Shown here in pieces: positions 49,083-64,000 of a DNA stretch of 64,000 nt (positions are counted from its first letter, which is position 1; every line of letters begins with the position of its first letter). Position numbers and translations under genes: made by a program. Below the pieces are notes generated by a model. That model was given only the letters and a program-made list of their open reading frames with translations. It did not search any database and was not told where the DNA came from. The stretch comes from Eledone cirrhosa (taxonomy: Eukaryota), in assembly GCA_964016885.1 (NCBI GenBank), contig OZ024742.1, positions 262,942,001 through 263,006,000 of the forward strand, written 5' to 3'.

Positions 49083-52000
49083 CAAACAAACAAATTAACA
49101 ACACACCAAAACAATTAAAACCATCCACTCTCGCCTCTACATTTTTGCTTAACGCCCAAGGCATCAGCCCTTCCACCAATACTCAAAAATGGAAGATCAA
49201 ATTCCTGGAGGACTGGATTGATGTCCATCCAAACCACATCCCTTTCTTCGTCCTCACTGAAACCCATCTCAGTAACCTCCACTTGGAAGCCGAGGTGAAA
49301 GTGAAAAATTTCAAAGCCATCCGTGCTGATCGCGCTGGCAGAAGAAAGGGCGGAACTGCCATTTATGTCCATAATTCTTTCTCAACAGAGGCTATGAACA
49401 TATTCACTAATGGATACTGTGAGGCAGTCACTGTATTCAGTCAAACCAACAACCTATTAGTAGTTGGGCTCTATAGGCCACCCCAAACGCCTGTACCATG
49501 CTTCAAGGAATGCCTCAACAGCATAAAGTGTTTCATCCAAGAGTGTCACCCTGACAACATCTTAATGATGGGGGACTTCAACCTCCCCGGAGTTGACTGG
49601 TCCACAAACACCCTGCCACCAGGTTCTTCTGCCTCAACCTCTGACAGGGAAGCTGTGGAATCACTTCTTGACTTCATGGATGATTTCTTCCTATCCCAAC
49701 TAGTGCTCGAACCAACGAGGTGCCACAAAAACGTCCTAGACTTAATTTTCAGCAATCACACTGACAATATCCACAATATTGCAGTGGAGAAAACTCTACT
49801 CTCTGATCATGACATGGTTCTCTGTGATCTGAGATTCCACCGTCCAATATACAAACCCAATGTCATCTCTCCTGTCCATCCGTTTGACGCTATGGATTTC
49901 CACAATGCAAACTGGGAAGCGATCAGTCATGATCTTGCACATGTCGACTGGTCCTTCACGCACACTCATACACCCACTAACATCAAAAAGTCCTGGCAGA
50001 CATTTGTGGACACTGTTACAAACATATGTGCTAAACACACCCCATTAAGAACTATAAACAAATCTAAGAGCAGAATCCCTAGAAATAGAAAAACGCTCAT
50101 CAGAAAAATTAAGAGAACGAACAAAAAAATCAACAAGCTGAAATACTGTCAGCAGCAACACATCAACTTGACTGCCATTTCATCACTAGAGATTAAAAAA
50201 CATAACCTCCAAAACAACATAATGTCCCTCATCAACAATCAGAGAAGAGCTGAAGAGGCCTGGGCCATTGAGAAGATCAAACTCAATCCCAAAGTGTTCT
50301 TTTCATTTGCAAAAAAACACAAAATCACTGGCTCTACTGTTGGCCCTCTAATTGATGAAAATGGCACTCTTCAAGACAATGCTAAAACCATGGGTGAGAT
50401 ACTGCAGAAACAATACTGCTCTGTTTTCAGCAATCCTGATATGGCCGATCTGGGCTGTATCGGCGATGTTACTCCCCATTACACCTTATCGGACATAACG
50501 TTTGGCGCCCCTGATGTCTTGGCGGCAATAAAGGAAATCAAGCATAATTCAGCAGTAGGTCCCGATAGGTTCCCTGCTTGTGTCCTGAAGGCGTGTCAAC
50601 ACCAACTTGCTTCTCCTCTTGCCAATCTGTGGCGGAACTCACTGGATGCTGGATATGTGCCAGAAAACCTTCTATCCCAGTCTGTTGTCCCAGTTTTCAA
50701 AAAGGGAAACAAATCCCATGCCGTGAATTACCGTCCAATCTCACTCACCTCTCATATCATTAAGGTATTTGAGCGAGTGGTGAGATCGCGAATGACCCAC
50801 TTCCTTGAGAGTAACAATATGCTGAACTCCAACCAGCATGGATTCCGTAATGGAAGGGATTGCCTGACGCAACTACTGCATCACTTTGATGACATTTTGA
50901 GAGCCTTGGGAGAGGGTTCCAACACTGATGTTATCTACCTTGATTTCAGCAAGGCCTTTGACAGGGTTGATCATAACATTCTACTGAGAAAGCTGTCCAA
51001 TATTGGTGTCACTGGAAAGCTGCTGCAGTGGATCAAGAGCTTCCTGTCAAACAGAACCCAACATGTTGTAGTTGAGGGAGTCAAATCAAGCCCAGCCAAA
51101 GTCAGTAGTGGAGTCCCACAAGGCACTGTGTTGGGCCCACTTCTCTTCATCATCTATATTAATGACATCACTGACATCATCAAACACAGCAACATTAAAA
51201 TTTTCGCTGATGATTCCAAGCTCCAAAAGGTCATCAATGGCGTGGATGACCGGATAAGCCTTCAGTCAGACCTACTGGCTGTTACCCAATGGGCAGAAAA
51301 GAACAACATGTTACTGAACGAGGACAAATTCGAACTGATCCACTTTGGAAAAGAGGATGCTCTGAAACTCCCGTACTCCCTTCCCTCCGGGGAAACTCTC
51401 GTGGCATCTAACAACATCAGAGACTTGGGAGTAACCGTGGACAGCAACATAAGCTGGACCACGCATATAAGCAGCAAAGTTGACATGGCCCGCAGAATGT
51501 GTTCCTGGATCCTCAGAACCTTCCAGTCGGGAGATTCCCGCACCATTATCCTTCTCTTCTCTACTTTCGCCCGACCACACCTTGAATACTGTTGTCCACT
51601 GTGGTCTCCCCACACGAAACAAAGTATCATGAAACTTGAAGCTCCTCAAAGGGCAATCACGAAAAAGATAGATGGCATGTCAGACCTTGACTACTGGGGT
51701 CGATTGGAAAACCTGAAACTTTACTCACTCCAACGTCGCCGTGAGCGTTATATTATCTGCATGATGTGGAAAATTTTCCATCATCACTGCCCAAATGATG
51801 TTGGCATCGCCTTCAAGATACACCCAAGGCTTGGGCCCCGTGCTATCCGTCCCATTCAAAAATCTAAATCGCAACTCATAACAACAATACGGCACAATTA
51901 TTTCACCTCAATCGGCCCTGCTCTCTTCAACATCACACCAGGACACGTCAAAACAGAAACTGACCACTCAAAATTCAAGAAGTCTTTGGACAAATTCCTC

Positions 52001-52090
52001 CAAGTAATCCCGGACAAACCACCCACACCCGGATATGTCTCCGCAAACAGTAATTCTCTTCTCGAATGGGCCATGGTGCCCAAATCCTGA
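48953..52090 (+). CDS. CR1-type LINE ORF2 (APE endonuclease plus RT), intact, no early ATG
   Basis: [57 protein letters not shown]; frame open from 48953; element ends near 52176. Confidence 0.93.
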   Translation, partial: TGNFFLFFSHNESGKRTGKKHSSYHPAPPSTITPLHKLPLLPLTNKQINNTPKQLKPSTLASTFLLNAQGISPSTNTQKWKIKFLEDWIDVHPNHIPFFVLTETHLSNLHLEAEVKVKNFKAIRADRAGRRKGGTAIYVHNSFSTEAMNIFTNGYCEAVTVFSQTNNLLVVGLYRPPQTPVPCFKECLNSIKCFIQECHPDNILMMGDFNLPGVDWSTNTLPPGSSASTSDREAVESLLDFMDDFFLSQLVLEPTRCHKNVLDLIFSNHTDNIHNIAVEKTLLSDHDMVLCDLRFHRPIYKPNVISPVHPFDAMDFHNANWEAISHDLAHVDWSFTHTHTPTNIKKSWQTFVDTVTNICAKHTPLRTINKSKSRIPRNRKTLIRKIKRTNKKINKLKYCQQQHINLTAISSLEIKKHNLQNNIMSLINNQRRAEEAWAIEKIKLNPKVFFSFAKKHKITGSTVGPLIDENGTLQDNAKTMGEILQKQYCSVFSNPDMADLGCIGDVTPHYTLSDITFGAPDVLAAIKEIKHNSAVGPDRFPACVLKACQHQLASPLANLWRNSLDAGYVPENLLSQSVVPVFKKGNKSHAVNYRPISLTSHIIKVFERVVRSRMTHFLESNNMLNSNQHGFRNGRDCLTQLLHHFDDILRALGEGSNTDVIYLDFSKAFDRVDHNILLRKLSNIGVTGKLLQWIKSFLSNRTQHVVVEGVKSSPAKVSSGVPQGTVLGPLLFIIYINDITDIIKHSNIKIFADDSKLQKVINGVDDRISLQSDLLAVTQWAEKNNMLLNEDKFELIHFGKEDALKLPYSLPSGETLVASNNIRDLGVTVDSNISWTTHISSKVDMARRMCSWILRTFQSGDSRTIILLFSTFARPHLEYCCPLWSPHTKQSIMKLEAPQRAITKKIDGMSDLDYWGRLENLKLYSLQRRRERYIICMMWKIFHHHCPNDVGIAFKIHPRLGPRAIRPIQKSKSQLITTIRHNYFTSIGPALFNITPGHVKTETDHSKFKKSLDKFLQVIPDKPPTPGYVSANSNSLLEWAMVPKS

Positions 52091-52176
52091 ATTGAAAGAC
52101 TTCGCCAGGTGGTGCTATTAAGTTAGACATGGCCTGGGCCAATACTGGCCAAAACATTTCAAAGTTATTCAAAGTT

Positions 52177-55060
<2,884 letters not shown>

Positions 55061-55214
55061 AATTAAGTTAAAGTGTACATCTACATATGTATACGGAAGT
55101 ATTAGTATGCATATAAATACACACATGTATACATATGTACATGTACTCAGCTTTTCACTAGACACTTTACAGTGAGTGTCAGCTAGTCTGTATGTAACCA
55201 CACAGGCGGACATA

Positions 55215-55582
55215 TATATATATACATACTACTGTACGTCGGTATACATATATGTATGTACGTGTACATACTTATATTTAAGTAACAGCCGTACTAAGAG
55301 TGGGAAATGAAATATCGTTTCATTTTTTCCGTTTATCGTTTTCGGTGCACCCGGCCGATTAACCCACTCGATATGCAAATTGGGCTACTCAGCCGTTAAT
55401 ATGCATAAGGTAAGTATATACGTTCAACAATCTGGCAGGAAGGTATACGTTGCTGACGATAGCTAACAAGCTTGAAACTAGTACAGCGTTCCTTTGTCAG
55501 TGTTGAACAAACGAGCAACGGTGGTTGCTAGACACTACGGCTTAATACGGGATGTTTGTTTACAAACACACCGAGCATTATA
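55215..55582 (+). mobile_element. Divergent copy of the 446-bp retrozyme-like unit, cut off by the gap
   Basis: Colinear with the reverse complement of about 15577-15975. Confidence 0.75.
55447..55489 (+). ncRNA. Minimal type I hammerhead ribozyme
   Basis: ACGUUG-CUGACGA-U-AGCU(AACA)AGCU-U-GAAA-CUAG-UA|CAGCGU; palindromic stem III ACUAGU. Confidence 0.82.
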
Positions 55583-55782
55583 NNNNNNNNNNNNNNNNNN
55601 NNNNNNNNNNNNNNNNNNNNNNNNNNNNNNNNNNNNNNNNNNNNNNNNNNNNNNNNNNNNNNNNNNNNNNNNNNNNNNNNNNNNNNNNNNNNNNNNNNNN
55701 NNNNNNNNNNNNNNNNNNNNNNNNNNNNNNNNNNNNNNNNNNNNNNNNNNNNNNNNNNNNNNNNNNNNNNNNNNNNNNNNNN
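55583..55782. other. Assembly gap (200 N)
   Basis: Seen directly. Confidence 1.
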
Positions 55783-56799
55783 AACATAAACATACTAAGA
55801 CAGTCAAACATGAGCATGCATGCACACACACACATTACATAGAAGCAGTAATAAGGATTCAAAACGAGATAATATTGAAGCAGACAACAAGTGGAAGCCA
55901 TTTATGGGAGAGACAGATAAATTCTCATTATATCATTGAAATAGATAGGATTCTTGTGGCCTAGATGATTAAATGCTTTCTAATTAGTGGACCAAACATT
56001 TAGAGTTCAAATATTTCCGAGGCCAATTCTATTATTCTTTTTGAGATTTCAATTGTTTGTTGTTGTTTTTTTTCTTTTTCATTTAACAATTATTTAGACA
56101 GAGCAGGTGGGAAATGAAGAAAAGAGAGTGTAAGGCCATCTTGAATTGGGGTACATGAAACAGATGGATAAACTTCAACTCTTAACATACTGTAATGATT
56201 CAGCAGAAAATATCTAAATGTATGGACTTAAATCTGTTTGTGATACAGTCAGTGTTATTTTATACTTCGGAATGACTTGCTGATGTGGCTTCATATAGTA
56301 CAGGACATTACTCTTTAGCATTTACATTACTTTATATATACTATTGTGTTTTCACAGTAAAGGCTTTACTTCACACAATTATTTTACATAATATTGAATC
56401 TATGAGATTCTGATATTATTTATTTTGAGAACAATATCTTAACATCAGTATGAGCAGCTGGTTACAGCTGATTTGAACAGAAAAAGGTGAACGAATTCTG
56501 GTCGGATACAGCCAGTTTAAATGCTAAATGGTAACACAGTTAATAAGATTCAAGTTAATCTTTTAACTCTTTCATTACCATATTTCTAATGAAAGACACT
56601 ATCTATGATTTTCAAATAATTTTGAAAATAATCAAAATTTGAAGAGATTTAATAATAAGGCAACTTACCATTTTTTAAAGTAGTTGTGGCTGTTTAGCTT
56701 CTAGTCAGCCCTATGATCAAGTATACTGGCTATAACCATCCAATTTTTATTTCAGACATTGTGTATTTAGGTCTACATAAGACAATGTGCAATTTTAAA

Positions 56800-57630
56800 G
56801 AGATTTGGCTGCTGCCACCACCTTCTTTTTCCATATATTTCTGAATGGATCATGGGGGCAGAGTCCTCAAGCACACCTTCCAGCAGGTCCTGTCAGAAGC
56901 AATCATTTCCAATTGATCCAGCTTAACCCCAAAGTCCTCCCATATCTTAACTTTGGATGCATTTACTGTCTCTGCCACGATTCTTCAAGCCTGCTTGTAC
57001 TGCATGTGCAAGAACTTATTTCCAAGGCAAGCTTTTTAAGTCGCCTTCTTTAGTTTTTTGATTGAACCAAGAGGTCCTCCTGCCATCCAGTGCCACACCA
57101 AACCTCTTTCACCTGCAACAAATGGACCACTTGATCATTGAGACATGACTCTTCCACAAAAAGTGAAAGAACGCTCTACTGCAATTATTCATGAACCAGG
57201 ACTAGACATAACAGTCAAGCGGTAGTAGATGCCTTTCCAAGTGCCGAGCTGCAAGCCTACCAACTTTTCCTGGTTAATTTTCACTCATGTTACCACTTTG
57301 TACTCCTGAAGGGTGGTGCAGATCATCTCAATGTGTTTAATGTTCAACACCACTATGGAGATATTGTCAGCTTAGGCTGACACAGATATCCCACATCCTA
57401 TTTTGCATAGGATGCTCCTCCATGTCTTCAATTTGTGTAATAGTGGCTCGAGAGTCAACACATACAACAGGGGTGTGAGGGGACAACCCTGGTGGACCAA
57501 GCGTTATGATGTTGAATGGTTGAGAGGTGGCCATTTACTCTGACCATAAAGTTGATGTCGCTGTACATTGCTGCAATACATCCTCTGAAAATCTGTCCAA
57601 AGTCGGTTGTCATGATGACTGCCAATTATA
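56800..57630 (-). pseudogene. Highly decayed LINE RT remnant
   Basis: Minus strand shows VHQGCPLTP and other fragmentary RT-like motifs. Confidence 0.45.
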
Positions 57631-58192
57631 TAATAATAATTGTTTCTACTTTTGGCACAAGGCCAGCAATTACCCAGTACATTACTGGTACTTTATTTTA
57701 TCGATCCCGTAAGGATGAAAGGCAAAGTTAACCTCGACAGGATTTCAACTCATTATAATAATAATAATAATGGTTTCTGATTTAGGTACAAAACCAACAA
57801 TCTCAGAGAAGGGGAAAGTCGATTAAATCAACCCCAGTGCGTTACTGGTAATTTATTTTATAGACCCCATAAGGATAAAACACAAAGCTAACCTCTGTAA
57901 TATTTGAACTTAGAATGTAAAGAGCTAGAACAAATAGCACAATGCCATTTTATTAAATGCTTTACCAATAAAATGTTTTGTCACATTGACACATGGTTAT
58001 ATCTTTGTTGGGAGGTGAGCATAATCCACTGAAACATTACATTATTACAGATAGTTATTTTATCAACCACAGAAGACTAAAAGGATAAATCAACCCCAGC
58101 AGGGTCTGAATTCAGAACATAAATGGACATAACTAACTACTGTTTGGCATTTAGTTTGACACACTATACCAGCTACTACCTTGCTCTTCCTA

Positions 58193-58420
58193 TTAACCCT
58201 TTAGCATTTACATTACTCTATATTTACTATTGTATTTTCATGGTAAGGCTTTACCTCACATAATATCTGACATAATATCCAATCTATGAGAATGTTGATG
58301 TCATTTATTTTGAGAACAATACCCTAACATCAGTATCAGTGGCTGGTTACAGCCAGTTTGAACAGAAAGAGGTGAGAGAATTCTGGCCGGATATGGCTGA
58401 TTTAAATGCTAAAGGGTTAA
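58193..58420. mobile_element. piggyBac-type MITE (another copy at about 56308-56534)
   Basis: TTAA target duplication and CCCTTTAGCATTTA/TAAATGCTAAAGGG terminal inverted repeats. Confidence 0.85.
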
Positions 58421-61400
58421 TGAACTCTTATCATCATTTTAATATGTTTTTCTATGCTGGTATGGGTTGGATGAATCTCTGTACAGTATGTCTTTTGTCA
58501 TCTTTTCAATGAGTATCTTATTTTTTCTGCATCTTTCTCTTCTATAGCCTTCTTCTTCCAATAGCACATTTTTCATCTAGCATACCTATTGATATCATAA
58601 ATCCACACTTCTGCAGTCATCCCCTTGCACACATCAGCCAACACTCTTAATATCCAATCACCAGTTGGTTTGCTCTTTTTCTGAAATTGAAGTTGGTAAA
58701 AGGTTCAGTCAATTTCATTCCAGATCCTCAGAAGCCTTGATTCCTCTTGATTTCTTGTATCATTGCTGTTGATATGACCTTCAAAATCATTAATTATTAT
58801 GATAATGATGTCACTGTCTCCTATGACCCTTAACACCACCAATTGTGATAAGAATATCATTGTAATTATACATTATATTATATTGTATAATAAAATTTCC
58901 AGATATGATGATGATATATCAGCCATTTTGGCCACAAGCTTCTCACAATCTTTTTTTTTTTAAAGTTATATTGGAGTCTGGCTCAACCAAAGAAGGCTTT
59001 ATCTGTTTAGCAACATTGCATAAAAGAGCCATACTTTTTTTCATGTAAAGTGTATCTAGAATTACATTATCCAATATGTCATTGTTTCTTTAAAACAGTT
59101 GGGCATGATTTGAGAGATTTGACTGCAATTTCTAGTAGATTGAATAGCTATGTAGAATCTCATAGAAGATTTATATCTTTGTAGATGCTGATAATTAAAG
59201 TATTTAGAGTGAGAACCTTACTACGGTTGATTGTAATGAGAAGCCAGGGAATAGAGGTAGGGCAGATGCCAAGCTCTATATGGCTTTTATCTTGTACTTG
59301 ACTGATATATTAACTGATTATATAGTCTTCTAAGTTCACTTACACCTCCCTAATTAACAAATAAACAGTCTCCCCTCAAAGAAATATTTCCAATAGTGCC
59401 TTACTGACAAGTGGTGGAATTGCTGGGAGAACAACCAAAGATGAGAGTAGTATGTTAAGAATGTAAGGTAGAAACTTATCTCAACTTTTTCTTCAGTTTA
59501 TAGGGAAAGAATAAAATGAGTGTTACTGATACGTATTTGTCCATCTCTCCCCCTCCCTCCAGCAATAGATCAGTTTTGTTGAAGTGGCTAATTGTAAGAC
59601 CTATTGAAGGCACACGTCTATGATCTGAAAGACCAAATAGGTAATTCAATGATAGCAGTTGGAGAAGTAAAGTGAGAATAAAAGAATAGTAGAAGAAAGA
59701 AGAAACTGTGTTGTGAGTTGTAGTAGATTAAAGATAGTCTGCAACGGATCTAACTGATGAAATACAATAGAAAATTGCACATTCCAAAACTGACCAACCT
59801 AAAAGTAATTGAATTTACACCAATGATGATGGTGGTAACAATGGAGATGAAGATGACACTGGTGATGGTGACTTGTGTTTAGCTTTGTTATTAATTAACA
59901 TAGCTGAAAGTTAATATAATTCATTAAGACCTCCCTCCCCTCACTGCCATCACCATCAACATTGTTACTGCTGTGACCACCTACAACACCATCAAACTGT
60001 AAAAAATGCTTGCTACAAATCATACAAATTCAAACTAAAACCAACAACACCTACACAAAGCTGATATATTGCTTCCCTAGTTGACAGTGTAATGTCTTTA
60101 AACAAACTTTACAGAATTGGTGTGTCACAGTTGAAACCTTTCAGTGAGAAATGAAAAGAAATGTAACAGTAGTCGACAAGATAGTCTTAAATAGATTGGA
60201 TAATTGCATGCATATATGGATGGAGTGGGAATAACAATAGGCAATGATTTTGCTATCAAGACATTTCTATTATAACTCATACTATTGGTTCTTACATAAT
60301 CAATGAAGTTATTGGGAATGAGTATCAAAACTAAGTAGCAGAAAACTATACTACCTGTTCACTCCCTTTCTTTTATCTAACTCTTCTCAATTCAACTCAT
60401 ACCCTGCATTAATGAAATAAGTACCAAAGCTGAGATAATAGTCAATTTATAAGGGGTGCTGAAAATGTGGTACAACTAGACAACAACATTAGTCTGTGGT
60501 TCAAAAACATTGTATGTATTGACCAGTAACTCCTGATAGAGTTGTAGGGATGCTATAATAACATGCATGTCTTAGGCATTTTAAAACCTGGCGGAGCCCA
60601 TATCCTCTCTATGGCTGAACAAAGTCAATTTCTTCCAGAGAAGGTCGGAAGGCAACATTGACCATGGTGGGATTTGAACTCAGAGCACAAAGAGCTATAA
60701 TGAATACCACAAAGTATTCTATCCAACATTCAAATGACTGACAATTAGCTACCTTTCCCATTTACAGAAGTAAAAAGTGGTTTCAACTAGGATTTGAAAC
60801 TGCGTTGTGATCTCTGGCTTACCAATGACTTACCATGGTACCATATCACATAAGGCAAAATATTTCTCATATATACACAGATCAATATTTAAAGGGCAGG
60901 GTTAATAGCCTCCCAATTTAAGGTTTACACTTGGCTGCTCTGTCACCAACACTAACTGAGGGAGCCTCTATATAGTTGTTTGACATGAAATAGTAGTGAA
61001 TTTAAAGAAAGAAGAGGACATAAAGTAGTCTTAGACATACAGTGGTTTGAACACATTTATTCATAGGTCTGCTTGGTTAGGACTATCCTGTGAATAAACA
61101 ACAACTTACTGTAAAGTTTGAGTGGAGACTAATTCTAATATAGCTAGAAATAATAAGTTACATACACAATGGTTGTGAAGTTAACTGTGAACAACGTGAA
61201 TAATTAAGCAGAAAATATCAATAAACAGGTTTGTTAATTCAAATGTTTATAGTATCTGTACTACACACATGTATAAATATAGTTTGAAAATATAATTTGC
61301 ATTTGATTCACTGATGGTATAATTTTTTTTAATTTGTCTAGTGTAGTATTTATTTGGTAGGTTTCGTTAAGTTTAGGGGTATGGACGATATTTGTTCATG

Positions 61401-61480
61401 GATAGCGTTGGTTTGGAGTAACTTTGTTTGCATTTATGATAAGGCATTTAACAGTTAGTGTTGTGTGTATATACACGCAC

Positions 61481-61513
<33 letters not shown>

Positions 61514-61516
<3 letters not shown>

Positions 61517-62865
61517 TATAAAGCTGATGGCCGTATGAAGGTAACAAACTTTCCGCCAAACGGCTGGACCAAACAGCACCATAGATGTAACTTTTTCCAA
61601 GTAAAAAAGTGAGGGTATTTTTGTCTACTGAATTTTGTTAAAAGATTAAAGACATTATTTAAATATTCACTTCTTTAAAATTTCAAATGTCAACACTTCC
61701 GGTTATACGTCATTCCTCACTTTTTCTTACGACGTCGCACAACATTCCCCTCTTTTTCTTAGTCTGTCTTTTTAGATAGATACATAGCTATAACGTAGCG
61801 ACCTTATATGTCTCTGCGTTCACAGACGGATTATTTTAGTTTCAGAAGATCCCGTTAAGGGTGAAAGCAGCGATTCTTTGCTTAAACTTTAATCTGTTAT
61901 TTTAATATATATATTCGTGTACAGATATTTTTGCATACACAAAAACAAAAACCTATTTATTTCACGAAAGCACAGACGGCTTATCATCATTGTTACTGTT
62001 CGAGGTTAGAGGACCACAGTCTTTCCAAGATCTGAGAACCATCAATGGCCACTTACCGTTTGGCTTGCCAGATGCGTGGTATGTTACACGATGACAGCCA
62101 TTGGCACCTCACTCTGCAAGAAGCAGCAACTGCTAAAGTCCCTTCTCAGCTGTGAAAACTTTTTGCTATTATGCTGCACAACTGCGATCTCGCCGACCCT
62201 CTCGCACTGTGGAACAACCACCGTGAAAGTCTAGCTGAGGACATCCTCCACTGCACACGCAGACACAATCCGAACGTAACATACAATGTCGTTTTCAATG
62301 AGGCGCTCATTTGTCTTGAAAACAGTGTCCTGGAGATTGGTGGTAGGCCTCTAAGTCACTACAGCTTACCTGCTCCTGACAGGAGTGTCCAGAGGTAAAC
62401 GTCTACAGAGCTTCTCCGCGAGACAATCTACGAAATCAGTGCTTCTCTCATGGTCAATTGTATGTAGGATGCTCTAGGGTGAGCTCGCCAAACAATCTCT
62501 TCATCTTTGCTCCAGAGAGCCGAACAAAAAATATTGTATACTCTGAGGCTCTAACAATGTAATTTAAATATTTTCAGTTACTTGGAATTTCCATTATGGT
62601 TGTACAAATTATCGTTTGTTAAAAAATTTGTTCTCTTTTCAGCCTTTATTGTTGTAACTATCAATTTTCTCTTTAACGTACTGGCTGCTGAACTGGGGAA
62701 TCCTAAAACCTATTCAAACCCAACATCAGAGCATGTTAACCCCCCCCCCCCCCCCTTGCTGACTTGTGAGGGCGTGCAGCATCTTTGCACTGGAGTGTAG
62801 GGAGATTCCTGAAAAGATAAAATACCGGTATACCTAGCCAGGCGCCAGCCGGACGGGCTAGCTAG
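61514..62865 (+). mobile_element. Non-autonomous Helitron, about 1.35 kb, internally deleted
   Basis: GPQSFQDLRTING Rep remnant fused to the helicase end SHGQLYVGCSRV..TKNIVY; GC-rich subterminal hairpin, then CTAG followed by T at 62862-62866. Confidence 0.85.
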
Positions 62866-62867
62866 TG

Positions 62868-62916
<49 letters not shown>

Positions 62917-62924
<8 letters not shown>

Positions 62925-63321
62925 ATGCTTTGGCAGGGTCATGTTGCCAATAAGAAACACACGCACCAGTTGCTTACACTGCTTTCTTGTTTTTTCTTGA
63001 AAAAACAAGATGGCGTAGGACAGAACAAAGGAGAGGCACAAAAACAAAGAAAAGAATCCCCAGTCACTGAAGAGGTCACAGAATGTGTGACGAAAGAACT
63101 TTGACAATATATGAACAATCGTCTGGTTGTGGAACCAACCAACCAACCGGAAATTTATAAATTCTTAAATTTATAAATTTAATTTATAATAAATTGAAGT
63201 GAAAGCAGCTGGTGCGTGTGTTTCTTATTGGCAACATGACCCTCTCAAAGCATAACAATATCGGTTTCAACACACGTTTTCAGATAAAGAATCTTGCTAA
63301 ACAAATTCAGAAACGAAATAT
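62917..63321 (+). mobile_element. Solo pseudo-LTR of a relative of the 7676-15372 PLE, with inverted 5' tail and HHR at 63062-63105
   Basis: Homologous to about 10830-11150; 62917-62980 is the inverted tail; HHR cleavage triplet CUU. Confidence 0.85.
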
Positions 63322-63849
63322 ATATATATATATGTAGTAGTGTCAAGAGTTTCTGTAGAATAGATAAAGGAAAAAGAGACCTCTATGTCAAGTGCAGAGC
63401 TAAAGTTTATTATTATAAATAATTTCTCAACATGCTACCTACGGTTTCAAAGCCTACTCTAGCATAGCTCATAGAGACGCTATATCTGCTAGTGTTGTTT
63501 ATCTTTCAGACAATACCAAGATGGCCAACATTATTTCCGATAAAATAAAGTACCAGTAATGCACTGAGTATTTGCTGGCTTTGTGCCAAAAGTAGAAACA
63601 ATTATTTCATATATGAGATCTCAAGTGAAAGGGAAGTAATAATAATGTAACCGTAAATTAGTTTTTGTTATTCAAGGGGAATAACTCATGCGTCAGTAAG
63701 TTTATATTTTTAATGTAATTGTTAAAGTGAAATTGTATTGTGTATGTATATGTTTGTGTGTTTTCTGTGTATAATTATATGAATTATTGTAGTGAAGGCA
63801 TGATTTTATTAAGGTGTAGGGTGTTTTTAAATAAGTATATACTGTGTCA

Positions 63850-64000
63850 GGTTTGTGTCAGGCAAAAGTACCACAGACGCTCTTTTCATTGTACGACAAC
63901 TACAGGAGAAGTACCTAGCTAAAAGTAAACCCCTATACTTAGCTTTTGTCGACTTGGAGAAAGCCTTCGACAGAGTCCCCCGTTCCATTATCTGGTGGTC
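63850..64000 (+). mobile_element. RTE RT fragment running off the window end
   Basis: GKSTTDALFIVRQLQEKYLAKSKPLYLAFVDLEKAFDRVPR. Confidence 0.85.

Noticed and set aside
55494-55964. ORFs containing X runs
   Set aside because: They span the 200-N assembly gap
59754-59775. CTGATGA...GAAA motif
   Set aside because: No stem II or stem I pairing; chance match

Overview
Eukaryotic, very AT-rich and repeat-dense DNA. The SINE and LINE families and the huge (TA)n tracts point to an octopod cephalopod (inference). The only host gene I recognise is LIN7 (lin-7/Veli/MALS) on the minus strand: three internal exons at 32825-32866, 28136-28284 and 27720-27929. Its first and last exons were not found, so most or all of the window is probably intronic. 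The rest is a stack of mobile elements, mostly inserted into (TA)n microsatellites: an apparently intact young Penelope-like element (PLE) with partial-tandem plus inverted structure (7676-15372), a Naiad-type PLE, many RTE-clade LINE fragments, a near-complete CR1-type LINE, an internally deleted Gypsy element, non-autonomous Helitrons, piggyBac-type MITEs and SINEs. The most striking hidden layer is a set of minimal type I hammerhead ribozyme (HHR) motifs from several unrelated families. It includes a non-coding unit of about 446 bp found in tandem and inverted copies (retrozyme-like, with a conserved octamer motif) and a 659-bp terminally redundant HHR unit. The CR1 element also has two canonical -1 frameshift heptamers in its ORF1/ORF2 overlap. 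All structures were read by eye; no folding, alignment or database search was run. Most long Y/I/M/C-rich ORFs in the ORF track are microsatellite artefacts.
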